DNA of 52,952 nt from a virus (taxonomy: Duplodnaviria > Caudoviricetes), in the IMG/VR virus record IMGVR_UViG_3300027833_000068, positions 1 through 52,952 of that record. One strand, written 5' to 3'. Shown here piece after piece: positions 14,201 to 21,267 of this stretch (its first letter is position 1; each line of letters opens with the position of its first letter). The position numbers were made by a program, and so were the translations under genes. Under the pieces are notes generated by a model. That model was given only the letters and a program-made list of their open reading frames with translations. It was not told where the DNA came from and did not search any database.

Positions 14201-17200
14201 TGGTATGTTGTATCTAAAAATATTTCAGGTTTATATGCTGGATACAATCCTAACTTAGTCGGTGTAGTAGGAACAAAGCAAGCATCAGTTGTATCGTATT
14301 CGTATATTTCTACTTCATCGCCAACAGCTAATGTTGCTGAAATATTTACAAAGCCTTCTATAGTAAAAACATAATCTGTTCCATGACATAGTAACTGATC
14401 GTTAAGGTATACTAATACACCATTTGGCGACAAAGTGTCAAGTGTAAAAACTTTTGACAATGCAAAAAATGTACCAGTACTTGCTGTTACTGAATGTAGT
14501 GTTCTTTTAGATGCACCATGCGGCAACATATCTGAGAAGTAAAACGACATGCCTTCAGTTTTTTGGCTGTTTATTTCTTCTAATACTTTATCAACATGTT
14601 CTTTGGTAGGACCATCATATCCTAGATTTTCTGCAACTTGTAAAAATACTCTTTTATATTTTGCGTACTCTATTCTAGCATATTTTAATGCTTTTACAAT
14701 GTTTGCATTTTTATCTGTTAAGTGGTAACTAGCTAATGCTATTGGACCACTATGTTTTACAAATCGTGTTCCGTACTTGCTCGTGTTACCAATATCTCTT
14801 AGATTGCTTACTCCGGGAAATGTATTTCCGTCATACTCAAATGTATTTTCAATAATTGTGCTAACATGATCGTTAACTTCAGCTATTGTAAAATCGCCTA
14901 TGTTTTCGTTCATAGGATTGCGTTCTAAGTTATATGCTAATTCATAATAACCGTTTTCGTTTTTAGTTGTAGCACTGTAGCATCTTAATACTACTACATC
15001 GTCTTCTGTAAGATCATTATTAAATCTTACATATGCAATGCTATTAATTCTGTTAATTTCGTAGTGTGTTGTTTCTTGTTTGAAAGAATTATTTACATAA
15101 ACTTTTACAACTAAATCATTTAGGTCGCCGCTTGCATCAAAAACGTCAACAGCAAAATCATTTGTTGTAGTATCTACAACGTACTGTCTTATTATTGCTT
15201 GACTACTTAATGCATGTGCTTTAGTCCAGCCATTTTCACTAACGTAAGTATTAAGGCCAGTATATTTTCTTAAATATCCTGTTTCAACTTTAACATTTAT
15301 ATTTTCGTTATTTTCTTCGTATACAAATGAATCAGTAACTAGTGGAAAATTAAATTGTATATCGCCAAAGTTTTCAATTGCCCTGTACGATAATGGAAAT
15401 CCTAGCTCTGAATCATTAGTGCCAGTGCCTTGTTTGTAACCAAATAATTGTGTTCCACTAAACGTAGAAGCATTGTAAGTAGTAAAACTATCATCGTTAT
15501 TATCAAATACATCAAATAACGGTTGCTGATTTACTTTAATTTTGTCTTGTGCAGCTTTCCACATAGATCCGTTAAAGTAAAATAAATTACCTTTATAAGT
15601 TGTTCCGCCTTTAACTAATAGTGTTTCATTTACTAACGGAGTCGAATCAGTATCTTCAATTAAACTAATTTGTCTAATATTATCAATTAGAATAAAGTTA
15701 ACTGTGTAAATTTTACCTACTACATTTCTATCTGTATCTGCATTGAAAACTATACGCATACCTTCAGCAACATTTGTGCCGTCAATATTATATCCTGTAG
15801 CATTTTCTACTGTACTAAATGCATCTTTAGTTTTAAAATCAATTAGATCAACATCATTTTTAGCCTTAGTACCAAAGTTAAATAATTTTAAGCCTGCATT
15901 AAATTCAATAATAGGTCTTGATGCTCTAGCACTTTGATCTACTGTAGGCACTTGTCCATTATATTCTGCAGATTTTTCAATTACATCTTTATGGAACCAT
16001 TTGTTGTAACGTGACCAAGCGTTTCTATCAACACTTGCTCTATTAACTATAATGTAATCTTTAGTTCCTGCAAAGGCACTTGCATTACCAAATGGCAATC
16101 TATCAAACCCTTCACTATCAAACGGAACTAATTTATCTCCAACATAACTAGCAGGAATAACTAAGTCACTTTCCTTAACTAGTTTAATGTCGCTACCGAC
16201 ACCTTCAATAAACCATTCGTCATTTTTATAAATTTCAGGTGTAACATTTCCAGCAAACTTAACTTTTAGTCCGTTACTAAATTTAACTTTATTAGAACTT
16301 GTATAAGTTTTCTTTCCAATAATATCGGTGACATCAATTTCAGTGTTTTCAATTATGTCAAATACTTTAATATAGCCACTAGTGTTAACGTCACTTTGGC
16401 TTGAATAATATAATTGCTCTGGTGCATTAAATGGAACTGTGAATGTAATAAAGCCTTCTTCAACATTTACAGGATTAATTTCATTGCCGTTTAAGTCTGT
16501 TGCTGTTATGCCTTGTACATATAAACTAGATATATTTTCTGCACTTCCAGTTGATACAATATTATAACTGCCATCTGCTTGTTTAACTACATCAAATGGT
16601 GCATCAGTAAATCGTCTATCTGTAGAGAACGAAAATGGATGTCCTAGTGTGTTAATTTCAAATGTATAAGTTTGACCTCTATATAAAGTCAATGCCGGAT
16701 TAGGTGTAAACCCTGGTGGTGAAAATTTGTAAACAACATTGTCGTCTTGGTCTTCTGTTGTTACAGTATATGTACTAACTTCTTCTAAACTTTTTCCAAA
16801 AACTGTTACAGTTTGAGGACCGTTTGGCAACCAATAATACTCACGGAAATTTGTAAACTTATCCCAATCAATGTTTGGATTCCAAGCATAATATTCTTGG
16901 CTATTTAATTTACTCTGATTTGCAACACTTCCAGCAAAATTGTTAACTTGATTAACATAGTCAGGATAATCAGCAAAGAAGTTTACATTACCTAAATCAT
17001 CAACAGAAACTGTTGCTGGTTCTAACTGCCTGTTTTCTCTTTGTTCAGTAACATCAGCAATGTATGTGTCGTCGGCCCTAAATGCTTTTGCATTTTTTCG
17101 TCCCATATAGCCACTAACTTTTTCTGCTGTGCCAGGTTGTACTAACTGATCTATTGTACTAGAAAGTATTTTCTTATTTGCTTGTGTTCTAAAATATTTA

Positions 17201-17280
17201 GGAAGTAAGTCAACACTCTTTCTATTAGAGTTGTCGCCTGCTGGCAACGGTGAATCTGTCTGATCGTTATCGTAAGACAT
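2245..17280 (-). CDS. Giant multidomain baseplate wedge/tail structural protein (5011 aa; positionally gp7-like)
   Basis: 15-kb uninterrupted ORF coupled to the gp6-like gene; contains FG-GAP-like propeller blades, short aromatic carbohydrate-binding-like motifs, GGSGY repeats and Ig-like 'VYLNG' modules. Confidence 0.8.
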   Translation of the reverse strand: MSYDNDQTDSPLPAGDNSNRKSVDLLPKYFRTQANKKILSSTIDQLVQPGTAEKVSGYMGRKNAKAFRADDTYIADVTEQRENRQLEPATVSVDDLGNVNFFADYPDYVNQVNNFAGSVANQSKLNSQEYYAWNPNIDWDKFTNFREYYWLPNGPQTVTVFGKSLEEVSTYTVTTEDQDDNVVYKFSPPGFTPNPALTLYRGQTYTFEINTLGHPFSFSTDRRFTDAPFDVVKQADGSYNIVSTGSAENISSLYVQGITATDLNGNEINPVNVEEGFITFTVPFNAPEQLYYSSQSDVNTSGYIKVFDIIENTEIDVTDIIGKKTYTSSNKVKFSNGLKVKFAGNVTPEIYKNDEWFIEGVGSDIKLVKESDLVIPASYVGDKLVPFDSEGFDRLPFGNASAFAGTKDYIIVNRASVDRNAWSRYNKWFHKDVIEKSAEYNGQVPTVDQSARASRPIIEFNAGLKLFNFGTKAKNDVDLIDFKTKDAFSTVENATGYNIDGTNVAEGMRIVFNADTDRNVVGKIYTVNFILIDNIRQISLIEDTDSTPLVNETLLVKGGTTYKGNLFYFNGSMWKAAQDKIKVNQQPLFDVFDNNDDSFTTYNASTFSGTQLFGYKQGTGTNDSELGFPLSYRAIENFGDIQFNFPLVTDSFVYEENNENINVKVETGYLRKYTGLNTYVSENGWTKAHALSSQAIIRQYVVDTTTNDFAVDVFDASGDLNDLVVKVYVNNSFKQETTHYEINRINSIAYVRFNNDLTEDDVVVLRCYSATTKNENGYYELAYNLERNPMNENIGDFTIAEVNDHVSTIIENTFEYDGNTFPGVSNLRDIGNTSKYGTRFVKHSGPIALASYHLTDKNANIVKALKYARIEYAKYKRVFLQVAENLGYDGPTKEHVDKVLEEINSQKTEGMSFYFSDMLPHGASKRTLHSVTASTGTFFALSKVFTLDTLSPNGVLVYLNDQLLCHGTDYVFTIEGFVNISATLAVGDEVEIYEYDTTDACFVPTTPTKLGLYPAYKPEIFLDTTYQTPKTVIQGHDGSITFAYGDFRDNLILDFERRIYNNLKQKYNTDIFDITDFQGGNFRDTGFNNIDINNAMVSDFVQWSVIAGDPDYTSNSFWKDTDTFRYNYKNMSSPQGNTLPGFWRGVYINAYDTDRPHSHPWEMLGFSIKPTWWETEYGAAPYTRNNFVLWEDLQNGIVREPGVPAKVVKKYKRPNLVNHIPVDENGNLLSPLDSNYAQNFIAVKTRDPYAFGDHTPAESAWRKSSEYPFALITSWLLNQPAKVMGTAFDLSRIERNKVGNLVYKPTNAIIRLKDLLFPNTYTDNQRVITSGLVNFIYNYIVSDINTNYNEYQTELTSLSNRLALKVGGFTDKSKFKLILDSRTPLNQGNVFVPTENYKLFLNTSSPVDIATYSGVVIQKNTNGYVVKGYDQALSTFKYYEPIASQRDPVINIGGISETFVNWDSGKQYVKGQNVRFDSFYYRVSDSHVSGQSFDTTKMSKLAELPLVGGRSNVLRRQFTNRVKTISYGTLLRTTQDVVDFLLGYEAYLKQQGFVFEYYNKDISVVEDWTYSVKEFMFWTTQNWAAGTVITLSPGAQQFNFTRPYVVVDNIFDNFYDYSLLKADGQKLDKSFSSIARDSENQFGLTVKNSADGIYSVKLPLVQREHVILLDNKTVFGDVIYDQEAGYRQERIKVTGYRSDNWSGGLNIPGFVYDEAEVRDWTPYKDYGIGKLVKHKEFYYVAIIDVTGTEFFIDNQWQRLDERPEAKLIPNFEYKINQFADFYDLDTDNFDLEQQKHAQHLIGYQKRKYLENIINDEVSQYKFYQGMLQDKGTSNSLINLFDALASADKESLEFYEEWALRVGQYGATENFDNVEFLLDESKIKTNPQPIELVSSIPANDTDTIYKLTPEEVYLKPQNYDHKPFPTITDYTSFVKDAGFVFDQDISYRINDKSDILTADISVIGADDYVWVTGENSNWDVLQHVTTDLRVTAISSFAAGRDTIDGTEGPGGLFTFNKAHPFVRGDIIGVQSTSASNDAFYSVESVFANSIEVLSGQNQTIETLEETDGFVSVLRSVKYDTIKEANAILENKVLKNQKIWVGDTGNWIVPIKNSVYTEKTHYNNPSDYDNTSTYEFGSSMTSNSSNTKLAFGDHSANNNKGLVYTYQRGSNLRELLYEATLELDTSVYPVSDDHRFGTDIDISADGKYLIVGSSTASDVASNYKSNYATSIEYSENDIVKYDENYWKAVRTITPESGSIAFSTFDSYANLERASDSSLLTLVLQGNPYLPNTSTDHLLIAAPFDQYRGTKPQDKLVLNWNSFTNFNRNTGSSNSVELFPQGINAQNTASQYTEPNANFIEGEHLIIEKIDSVLLVEPFTDPPQDGDIIETASGSATIYKAFQRDFKLVLYIKDTNGIFGPSGTINNSNGTLIGNYTQPNYNGTTNAIGGWWYINMPATQTYLTSDEFTNPSDYGIPAYGLVYQDILVYDEVNDSYARTTPNFYNNILDDVNSTIFPTRDEPGFASVLSHRGAAYTNVDNDGVQNILDNRWLLRIPPSLAGQINQPNDKFRAYIDDQAVPADFDLLGIDASYINDNEHTVIDMWEGYIDFTFTKTQGADVVMLSDQDIDTGDFFEPAYIGKVFTDINGVIVNINGADGDFIRDEITGARARVAYYIRRATDQGRVYLKDVTGTFVQGNRMLLETKEGVAELDNLRIMGPINKISVTGNNTGKIAVMQKGTTFPAHPESYGGLDQFRDLNSFAYVNKEFWIYKENLTEAGTDAPASIPSTSNSDWQLVYNLPVTTAGSQVSKPANQGVYSIFNRIGSTWVNRGTFEIPNSSTNSNVGQQVAVSQENDLYRFYIGSKENLTVIKHGTDKYGKQYNYAFDINPHYRGEYNVDATYKTDEIVLYSNQLYSALTFVKGVTPTSTLKWRILNSQVNYLPTLPNAVNIFNDPAFDDLGESVTDFTKQITVSDNGQVLAISIVTDVSVDADNKVLVYRILDDRYVIDQTIVAPVSNTGWGSSIDLSEDGDTLVIADPESDIDGYNTGKVYVYAKSNSTFEMHQVLSGTGTQSEKFGNKVSISKDIIAVTSGNGDVATDTLFDGAITTFDDTFTSFPDKKIDSGSVRLYQKVKDAFILAEELDYDGDLTVLSASRFGEQVLINDNHVYVGVPGDPNDYYTEDTNPGSFVDYQVNRGTKPWTTLRSPNEIVDIKKIKSAFLYNTKTNSLVEYLDYIDPIQGKIAGPAEQELTFKSNIDLARYNVTTLPDYFSETSNWEEKYVGKLWWDLSTTRFYNPYQQDIVNQANVWSKLIPNYSVDVYEWVESTIPPDKWDSLADTSEGYAKGISGTSKYGNNAYSQKLAYDTLSQTFSDKYYFWVKNKKTIPAGDPTRSISGFEAEGLIGNPRGQGYSFLALLSNDRFVLYNSERLLKDKDVALHVSYYTQDTQEQNSHLEYHIVTEGLETSVPKADIERKWIDSLIGYDTRGRPVPNPELSLREKYGTLNSPRQSWFVNRQEAFKQVIERANITLKENIIVDDFSFSTLNSADVQPFVTNRTYDYKIDTLDELDFIGINKIQTAILRASIHGGTVTDIRIINSGRGYSDPTYDITTSTVRHGPSFELFGNGSGLDFNLEINNLGQISKVNIINGGSGYDENLRIEVRPLTVLVENDSTVNNKWATYEYNKNSNVWNRILSQSYDTTEYWDYVDWYAPNYTQFTRIDHRVDESYQLASTNAKLGQIVKIDNIGNGGWLLLKRTAETNSTDYTIDYDTIGRENGTIEINSKLYNVIENTVGYDLLGYDNRFFDTEPVTEARQIMTALKNDIFVDNLAVKWQELFFASIRYVLSEQQNVDWVYKTSFVKAKHNVGDLTQKINYQNDNLESYNDYINEVKPYKTNVREYLSSYENVDNTKTQTSDFDVPPYYDFTQNGIKTKSVKITDNSLVGVDSFFDDYPYKNWSENYGFKVIAVNIYNGGSNYTYPPTVTIAGGGGTGATAKAYLGAGKVVNIVVTNTGTGYTSAPTVTITGSQADGSTTAIASAQIGETVVRSMHVEMKFDRVSGEYVIIELPETETFTGTAINDKFALKWPMNLRRNKVKITLNGQILLRSEYTFTNIEDNTYTYKRYKGQVQLTTTPPLGSIIVVEYEKQSTILNAQDRINHLYNPTTGMLGKELSQLMTGIDYGGVEVKSFGFEGTSGWMTDEYGADTWDSYDNEFQDEIFFADGTTVAIELDNPLEDGIQYNVYLKRSGQTKAIRIDDPNYGNNPANTLAKMQTLTGDGVTQTINLAENDIEVSDGDIVTIRKITSDGSFKPDPDSYDTLLTGGQLDYGNAAGVNADDIILDGDLFVTPLNAGGPEELVNGQVMDSVNITVFERTGEGQGQIYNQNYITDGTTTEYPLGLLPNSNDAVIVKLGNTIIDASLYTVDYKTLTLAFKVAPVTDQILTILTVGVNGQNIIDIGTIISVADENVYQTNILWDDNYQIFLRKDGNTPDGLELIARKDNVNGFIEFVFSPQPPVVGTRLDYEIYSNSDQINYSKIQKDNIIADGSSVTYNLSTSAIYETPAEFFTIVEVDGIVKKPGYSKIFKITDPTLREYELETFQVQESTLSAADTEVYLNGNLLNQQDSYAVNIGQSSIILENNILSENDILSVYFRNADYRVVGNQVTFNSAPIEDQEINVYTFSNHDIVDINRISYDVINRSTLTPGTDNYSAYHSLTGGRIELNSPASGVENVWIFQNGRMLAPSVDYKLESNMKVIQLVTVPAENDIIDIIHFTAPISTPTIAWQQFKDILNRTHYKRVDNNDGIKLSQPLNYDDLRVVVVEGADRLPTPDKRSNKPGVIWLDGERIEYFAKTGNDLRQLRRGTLGTGVKDTYPTNTPVYGGGIDKNIPYRDETIVWSPVDAVTEGQTDFTLDFTPNSVNEFEVFAAGTRLNKAAIVKFNPAIAIDSPEGDVNTPAEFTVSGNVLTLTNPMSANQKLVVIRKIGKLWTTPGTPLKDAQNDIGSFLRGAQSELPE

Positions 17281-20200
17281 TAGTAATAACTTCCTCCGCT
17301 ACTTGAATTGTTTGAACTGTTTGAACTAGTGAATGATGTTGCACTTGTAATCCCTGTGTTTGCTGTCTCGCTTGATGTAACAACTCTGCCAGACGCATTT
17401 AGTCTAGTAGCTGTAATTTGATCTATTATTTCTATATCTGCTACAGTTGCACTATTAATAAAAATTTCATCAACTTCGCTTCTTACTTCAAATAAACTAC
17501 CAAACGACTGTGTTGGCTGATCAGGTACAATTACTACACTTACTAAGTCTGGTGCAAGTCTGTTTGTAATATATGTTGCCAATTCTTGAAAGTAAAAAGT
17601 GTCTCCAAAATTCCAATTTTCTAATGCAAAGTATTGATTAATTGCTTCAATACATCTTGTTTTTACATCGTTGTCGTTAAGGACTTGATCTGGATTCTTT
17701 ACTACTTTAAATGTTGCTTGTAAATTTGTCTTAGCAAGTGAACCAAATAATTCCTTATATTTTACTGGATGATAAATTACTTCATCACTTATTGATTTTA
17801 TTTTATTAAGTTGTCGACCATATGATCTATACAACTCATCTGAGCTTGGCGGTAGTGGTTGCTGTAGAATTTGTCCATCTATGAAAAGTCTATAATTCCT
17901 GTCATATGTTTTAGTTAACATATAAGTATCAATTATGTTACTTGCACTTGGATCAATTCTGTTGTTTGTATCAGCAACATGTACATAATGGAATTTAAGT
18001 TTGTCTCTTCCAACAAATGCTTTATAATCACTATTTGTTACTAATTCTAATATTGTCGAATCTAGTTTTTTAAATACATTGTTATCTCTAAAGTAAAATA
18101 CTTGTCCGTCTGTATAAGAACTTAAAGGACCTGCATTTGTTTGTGATTCAAGTATTTGAATATTTGTTGATTCAACATATCTAAATTCTTCAACGCCTGC
18201 ATCTGTGAGATATTTTTCGTGTATAATAATTTTATTTAAAGGATTAACATCTTCATCTACAATATGTAAAAATAATTCTGGATCATCAATTACGCCATCT
18301 GCATCTTTGTCTGCAAATGTTACTTCTATTTTTTTAGTATCTACGTAACCTTCTTTATCTCTATAAGACTCTAAAATATCAAAGTCAAAACCGCTAGTAA
18401 ACGGTAATGCACTATCAGGCTGTGTGTTTATATTTAAAACACATAATTTATCTCTTATAACTTTACCTTTTTGTGTGTCGTATATTTTGTCTGAACTGTC
18501 GTAGTAGAATTTTATTTCTCTATCACTTTCAAAGACATATCTCAAACCTCTATATGTAATTTTATATGTTTCGCCATTAGTTTCAAAAAGTAATAACCAA
18601 CTTGCATCAAGATTTCCGTTACTTACATTTCCTGCAAAGCCTGTACTAAAGTTACTTCTTTTATCTAGGTCAGTTGCTTTTACTAATCTCCAAACTCTAT
18701 TAACATCGTCATACCGCAATCCAAAGTCATTGTAAGCAAAAGTTTGATCAATAATTTCTACCTTAACATCATCAAGTAGACTATTTGCTAACATAGGACG
18801 TATTTGTATTAGTCTACAGTTAGTAGGAATTTTATCAGCTAGTGCTATAGGCCCTTGTGTTTCTGCTAGGCCTACATCTAGTCCGTTGCCTGCAACAGCA
18901 ATAACCTTAGTCCATTTGTATAAAGCACTTCCAAGGTGATCAGCATCACCTGCCATTAATGATCCATCTTCCATAAAATGGAAGCCAGTCGGTGCTTGGA
19001 ACTTAATTGCTGTTCCTGCTTCAATATACTTTAAACTATTTGTAGTAAAAGTACCAACTTGATAACCTGCGGCAGCTAATGATTGAAATTTACCTGTGTA
19101 AGTATTTGTTTGTTCAGTAACAGCGTTCCAATAAACATTTAGGTCAACTGTATTAATTTTTGGAAACTTGTCTAGGTAAAAATGTTTTACTTTTTTGTTA
19201 TCAAGAATAGGCTCAACATTGTTTATTATAATACCTTCAATGTCAGTCTGTGTATTAAAGTTAAAACTTGTTTTTTCAGTAGTATACTCTTTGTATATTA
19301 CTCCATCGTTTCCGTATAAGTTAGTATTACTGTATTTTCCTGTTGCATCGTTTAAGTCGAAATATCTTGATATGCCGCTTGATGTTCTGTTAACACTTTT
19401 TACTTTTACTATTTCTTGGCTTATACCTAAAGGAGCAACATTATAGTCTTCTCCTGTAATCATTCTATTTTGTGTATAATATGTTGCAGGAGCATTTTGT
19501 TTAATACTTAAACTTGTTTCAGCTCTTGCACTATTTGCAACAGTTGTTTCTAAACTCATTGTTAATGTAAGTGTATGAACTCTGCCCTTTTTACTTAGGT
19601 ACGGTATATTAACAGAAATATTACTAATAGATGTTGGTGTAATAACCATATTTCTATTTTCACTTGTTCTAAAATAAGTTTTAAAATTACCCTTTGGAAG
19701 GTTTCCAAAAACTCCATCACTAAACGCTAAATTAATTCTATCGTCAACTCTTGTTAAGACACTATAAATATTTCTTACTTTTTTATTAATACTATTATAG
19801 ATTACATTGTTGCCTTCAACAGCATCAAGTTTTGACCATAACTCTGATTCATTGTTGTTGCCGTCTAGTTTAAATAACCAAACATCTGAGTCATTAATAT
19901 TTTCAGTATCAATCGAAACTGTTTGATTTGGTGTAGGTTGTGTTACAGAAAACTGTCCACTTTCTAATCTTCCCTGACGGAAGTGTGCAAAGAATCCAGT
20001 GTTACTACTTCCAGGTCCTTGTGCATCGTTTCTATACATAAACGCAAAATTATTTCCTGGTACTGGTGCTTCCTCTATTAAACTGCCATCTTCAATATCA
20101 GTAGATACAATTTCAAATGGTGTTGTTTTACCTTCAATAGGTTTTTCAAATGCAAATACAGGAACATCAGTATTAACACCGTTTACTCTATACTGGTCAG

Positions 20201-20750
20201 TTGAAATGCCAGATACTATTTCGCTTTTGTTTGGTTTACCAAATACACCGTTTACCGGCAATGAGGAATTTATAACTTTAATAAACTGTTCATACCAATT
20301 TGAGTTAGTACTATCGTTCCATTGTATTGTTTGACTTGCTAAGTTAGTACCGTTAGAATCTATTAAATCTTCTGTTGTGCTAATTGCTGTGAATTTTAAA
20401 AGTCCATTAGCTGATTGATTTCTACGAGGATTGTAATTTAAAAGTCTTGCTAGTCTTAAAACAGACTCTCTACGTTCTGCAAGTTCGAGGAAATTTTCTC
20501 TTGCATTTAAGTCAATTCTAAAGGATAAATTTTGCCCAAGGAATGCAACTAAATCAATTAGTGCAAGGTATTCACTTGATTCAATGTAATCGTTAAAATC
20601 CTCAGGATAGTTAGTCCTAAGATATTCTATCATTGTTCGTCTTAAATTGTCAAAGTCATAACTTTGAAAATCGGCATTGCGAAAGGATTGGTATATTGTT
20701 TTCCAATCCTCTGCAACTAGTAATCTGTTTTGTCTATCCGTAGCTGACAT
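17280..20750 (-). CDS. gp6: Baseplate wedge subunit, gp6-like
   Basis: N-terminal DFDNLRRTMIEYL...FNDY...ARENFLELAERRESVLRLARLLNYNP and YYTQNRMITGEDY motifs of the T4 gp6/baseplate J family; follows the gp25-like gene. Confidence 0.85.
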   Translation of the reverse strand: MSATDRQNRLLVAEDWKTIYQSFRNADFQSYDFDNLRRTMIEYLRTNYPEDFNDYIESSEYLALIDLVAFLGQNLSFRIDLNARENFLELAERRESVLRLARLLNYNPRRNQSANGLLKFTAISTTEDLIDSNGTNLASQTIQWNDSTNSNWYEQFIKVINSSLPVNGVFGKPNKSEIVSGISTDQYRVNGVNTDVPVFAFEKPIEGKTTPFEIVSTDIEDGSLIEEAPVPGNNFAFMYRNDAQGPGSSNTGFFAHFRQGRLESGQFSVTQPTPNQTVSIDTENINDSDVWLFKLDGNNNESELWSKLDAVEGNNVIYNSINKKVRNIYSVLTRVDDRINLAFSDGVFGNLPKGNFKTYFRTSENRNMVITPTSISNISVNIPYLSKKGRVHTLTLTMSLETTVANSARAETSLSIKQNAPATYYTQNRMITGEDYNVAPLGISQEIVKVKSVNRTSSGISRYFDLNDATGKYSNTNLYGNDGVIYKEYTTEKTSFNFNTQTDIEGIIINNVEPILDNKKVKHFYLDKFPKINTVDLNVYWNAVTEQTNTYTGKFQSLAAAGYQVGTFTTNSLKYIEAGTAIKFQAPTGFHFMEDGSLMAGDADHLGSALYKWTKVIAVAGNGLDVGLAETQGPIALADKIPTNCRLIQIRPMLANSLLDDVKVEIIDQTFAYNDFGLRYDDVNRVWRLVKATDLDKRSNFSTGFAGNVSNGNLDASWLLLFETNGETYKITYRGLRYVFESDREIKFYYDSSDKIYDTQKGKVIRDKLCVLNINTQPDSALPFTSGFDFDILESYRDKEGYVDTKKIEVTFADKDADGVIDDPELFLHIVDEDVNPLNKIIIHEKYLTDAGVEEFRYVESTNIQILESQTNAGPLSSYTDGQVFYFRDNNVFKKLDSTILELVTNSDYKAFVGRDKLKFHYVHVADTNNRIDPSASNIIDTYMLTKTYDRNYRLFIDGQILQQPLPPSSDELYRSYGRQLNKIKSISDEVIYHPVKYKELFGSLAKTNLQATFKVVKNPDQVLNDNDVKTRCIEAINQYFALENWNFGDTFYFQELATYITNRLAPDLVSVVIVPDQPTQSFGSLFEVRSEVDEIFINSATVADIEIIDQITATRLNASGRVVTSSETANTGITSATSFTSSNSSNNSSSGGSYY

Positions 20751-20805
20751 CTAATTTCCTCTTATAACGTATTTATTCATAATAGTTATGTACGTATTTT
20801 ATTTT

Positions 20806-21252
20806 TTAAGCAAGTAAGCCAATGTCTCTATCAAATTGTAGTGTCATAGCTTCAGCAATGCTGTATTTTAAATATATTAGAGTACATTCAATTTGTATGC
20901 CGCTTTCGTATGTGTCAACAATGATATTATTAACAGAAACACGCGGATCATAGTTAACAATATCTTCTACATTTTCTATAATTGCAGCTTTTAGTCCTTC
21001 GGTTAGTGGGTCAAACAATGTGTCCCAAATAATAGTTCCAAATTCAGGATTCTCTAACTTTTCTCCTTGACGTATATGAAAGTGATTTATTATATCTTGT
21101 TTAATAACAGCAAGATCATATAGTCTATACCCTTCGTTTGCAGGGTTAACTGTGCTAATAGACCTATAAGCAGAACTTGAAGCTGGCTGTTTAGGTTTTT
21201 TAGAGCTCGATACCTTTACTCTTTTGTATATGTTTTTTTCTAATGTACTCAT
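20806..21252 (-). CDS. gp25: Baseplate wedge protein, gp25/GPW-like
   Basis: IKQDIINHFHIRQGEKLENPEFGTIIWDTLFDP...YDPRV motif of the gp25 family. Confidence 0.88.
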   Translation of the reverse strand: MSTLEKNIYKRVKVSSSKKPKQPASSSAYRSISTVNPANEGYRLYDLAVIKQDIINHFHIRQGEKLENPEFGTIIWDTLFDPLTEGLKAAIIENVEDIVNYDPRVSVNNIIVDTYESGIQIECTLIYLKYSIAEAMTLQFDRDIGLLA

Positions 21253-21267
21253 AGTAATATTTACCCT

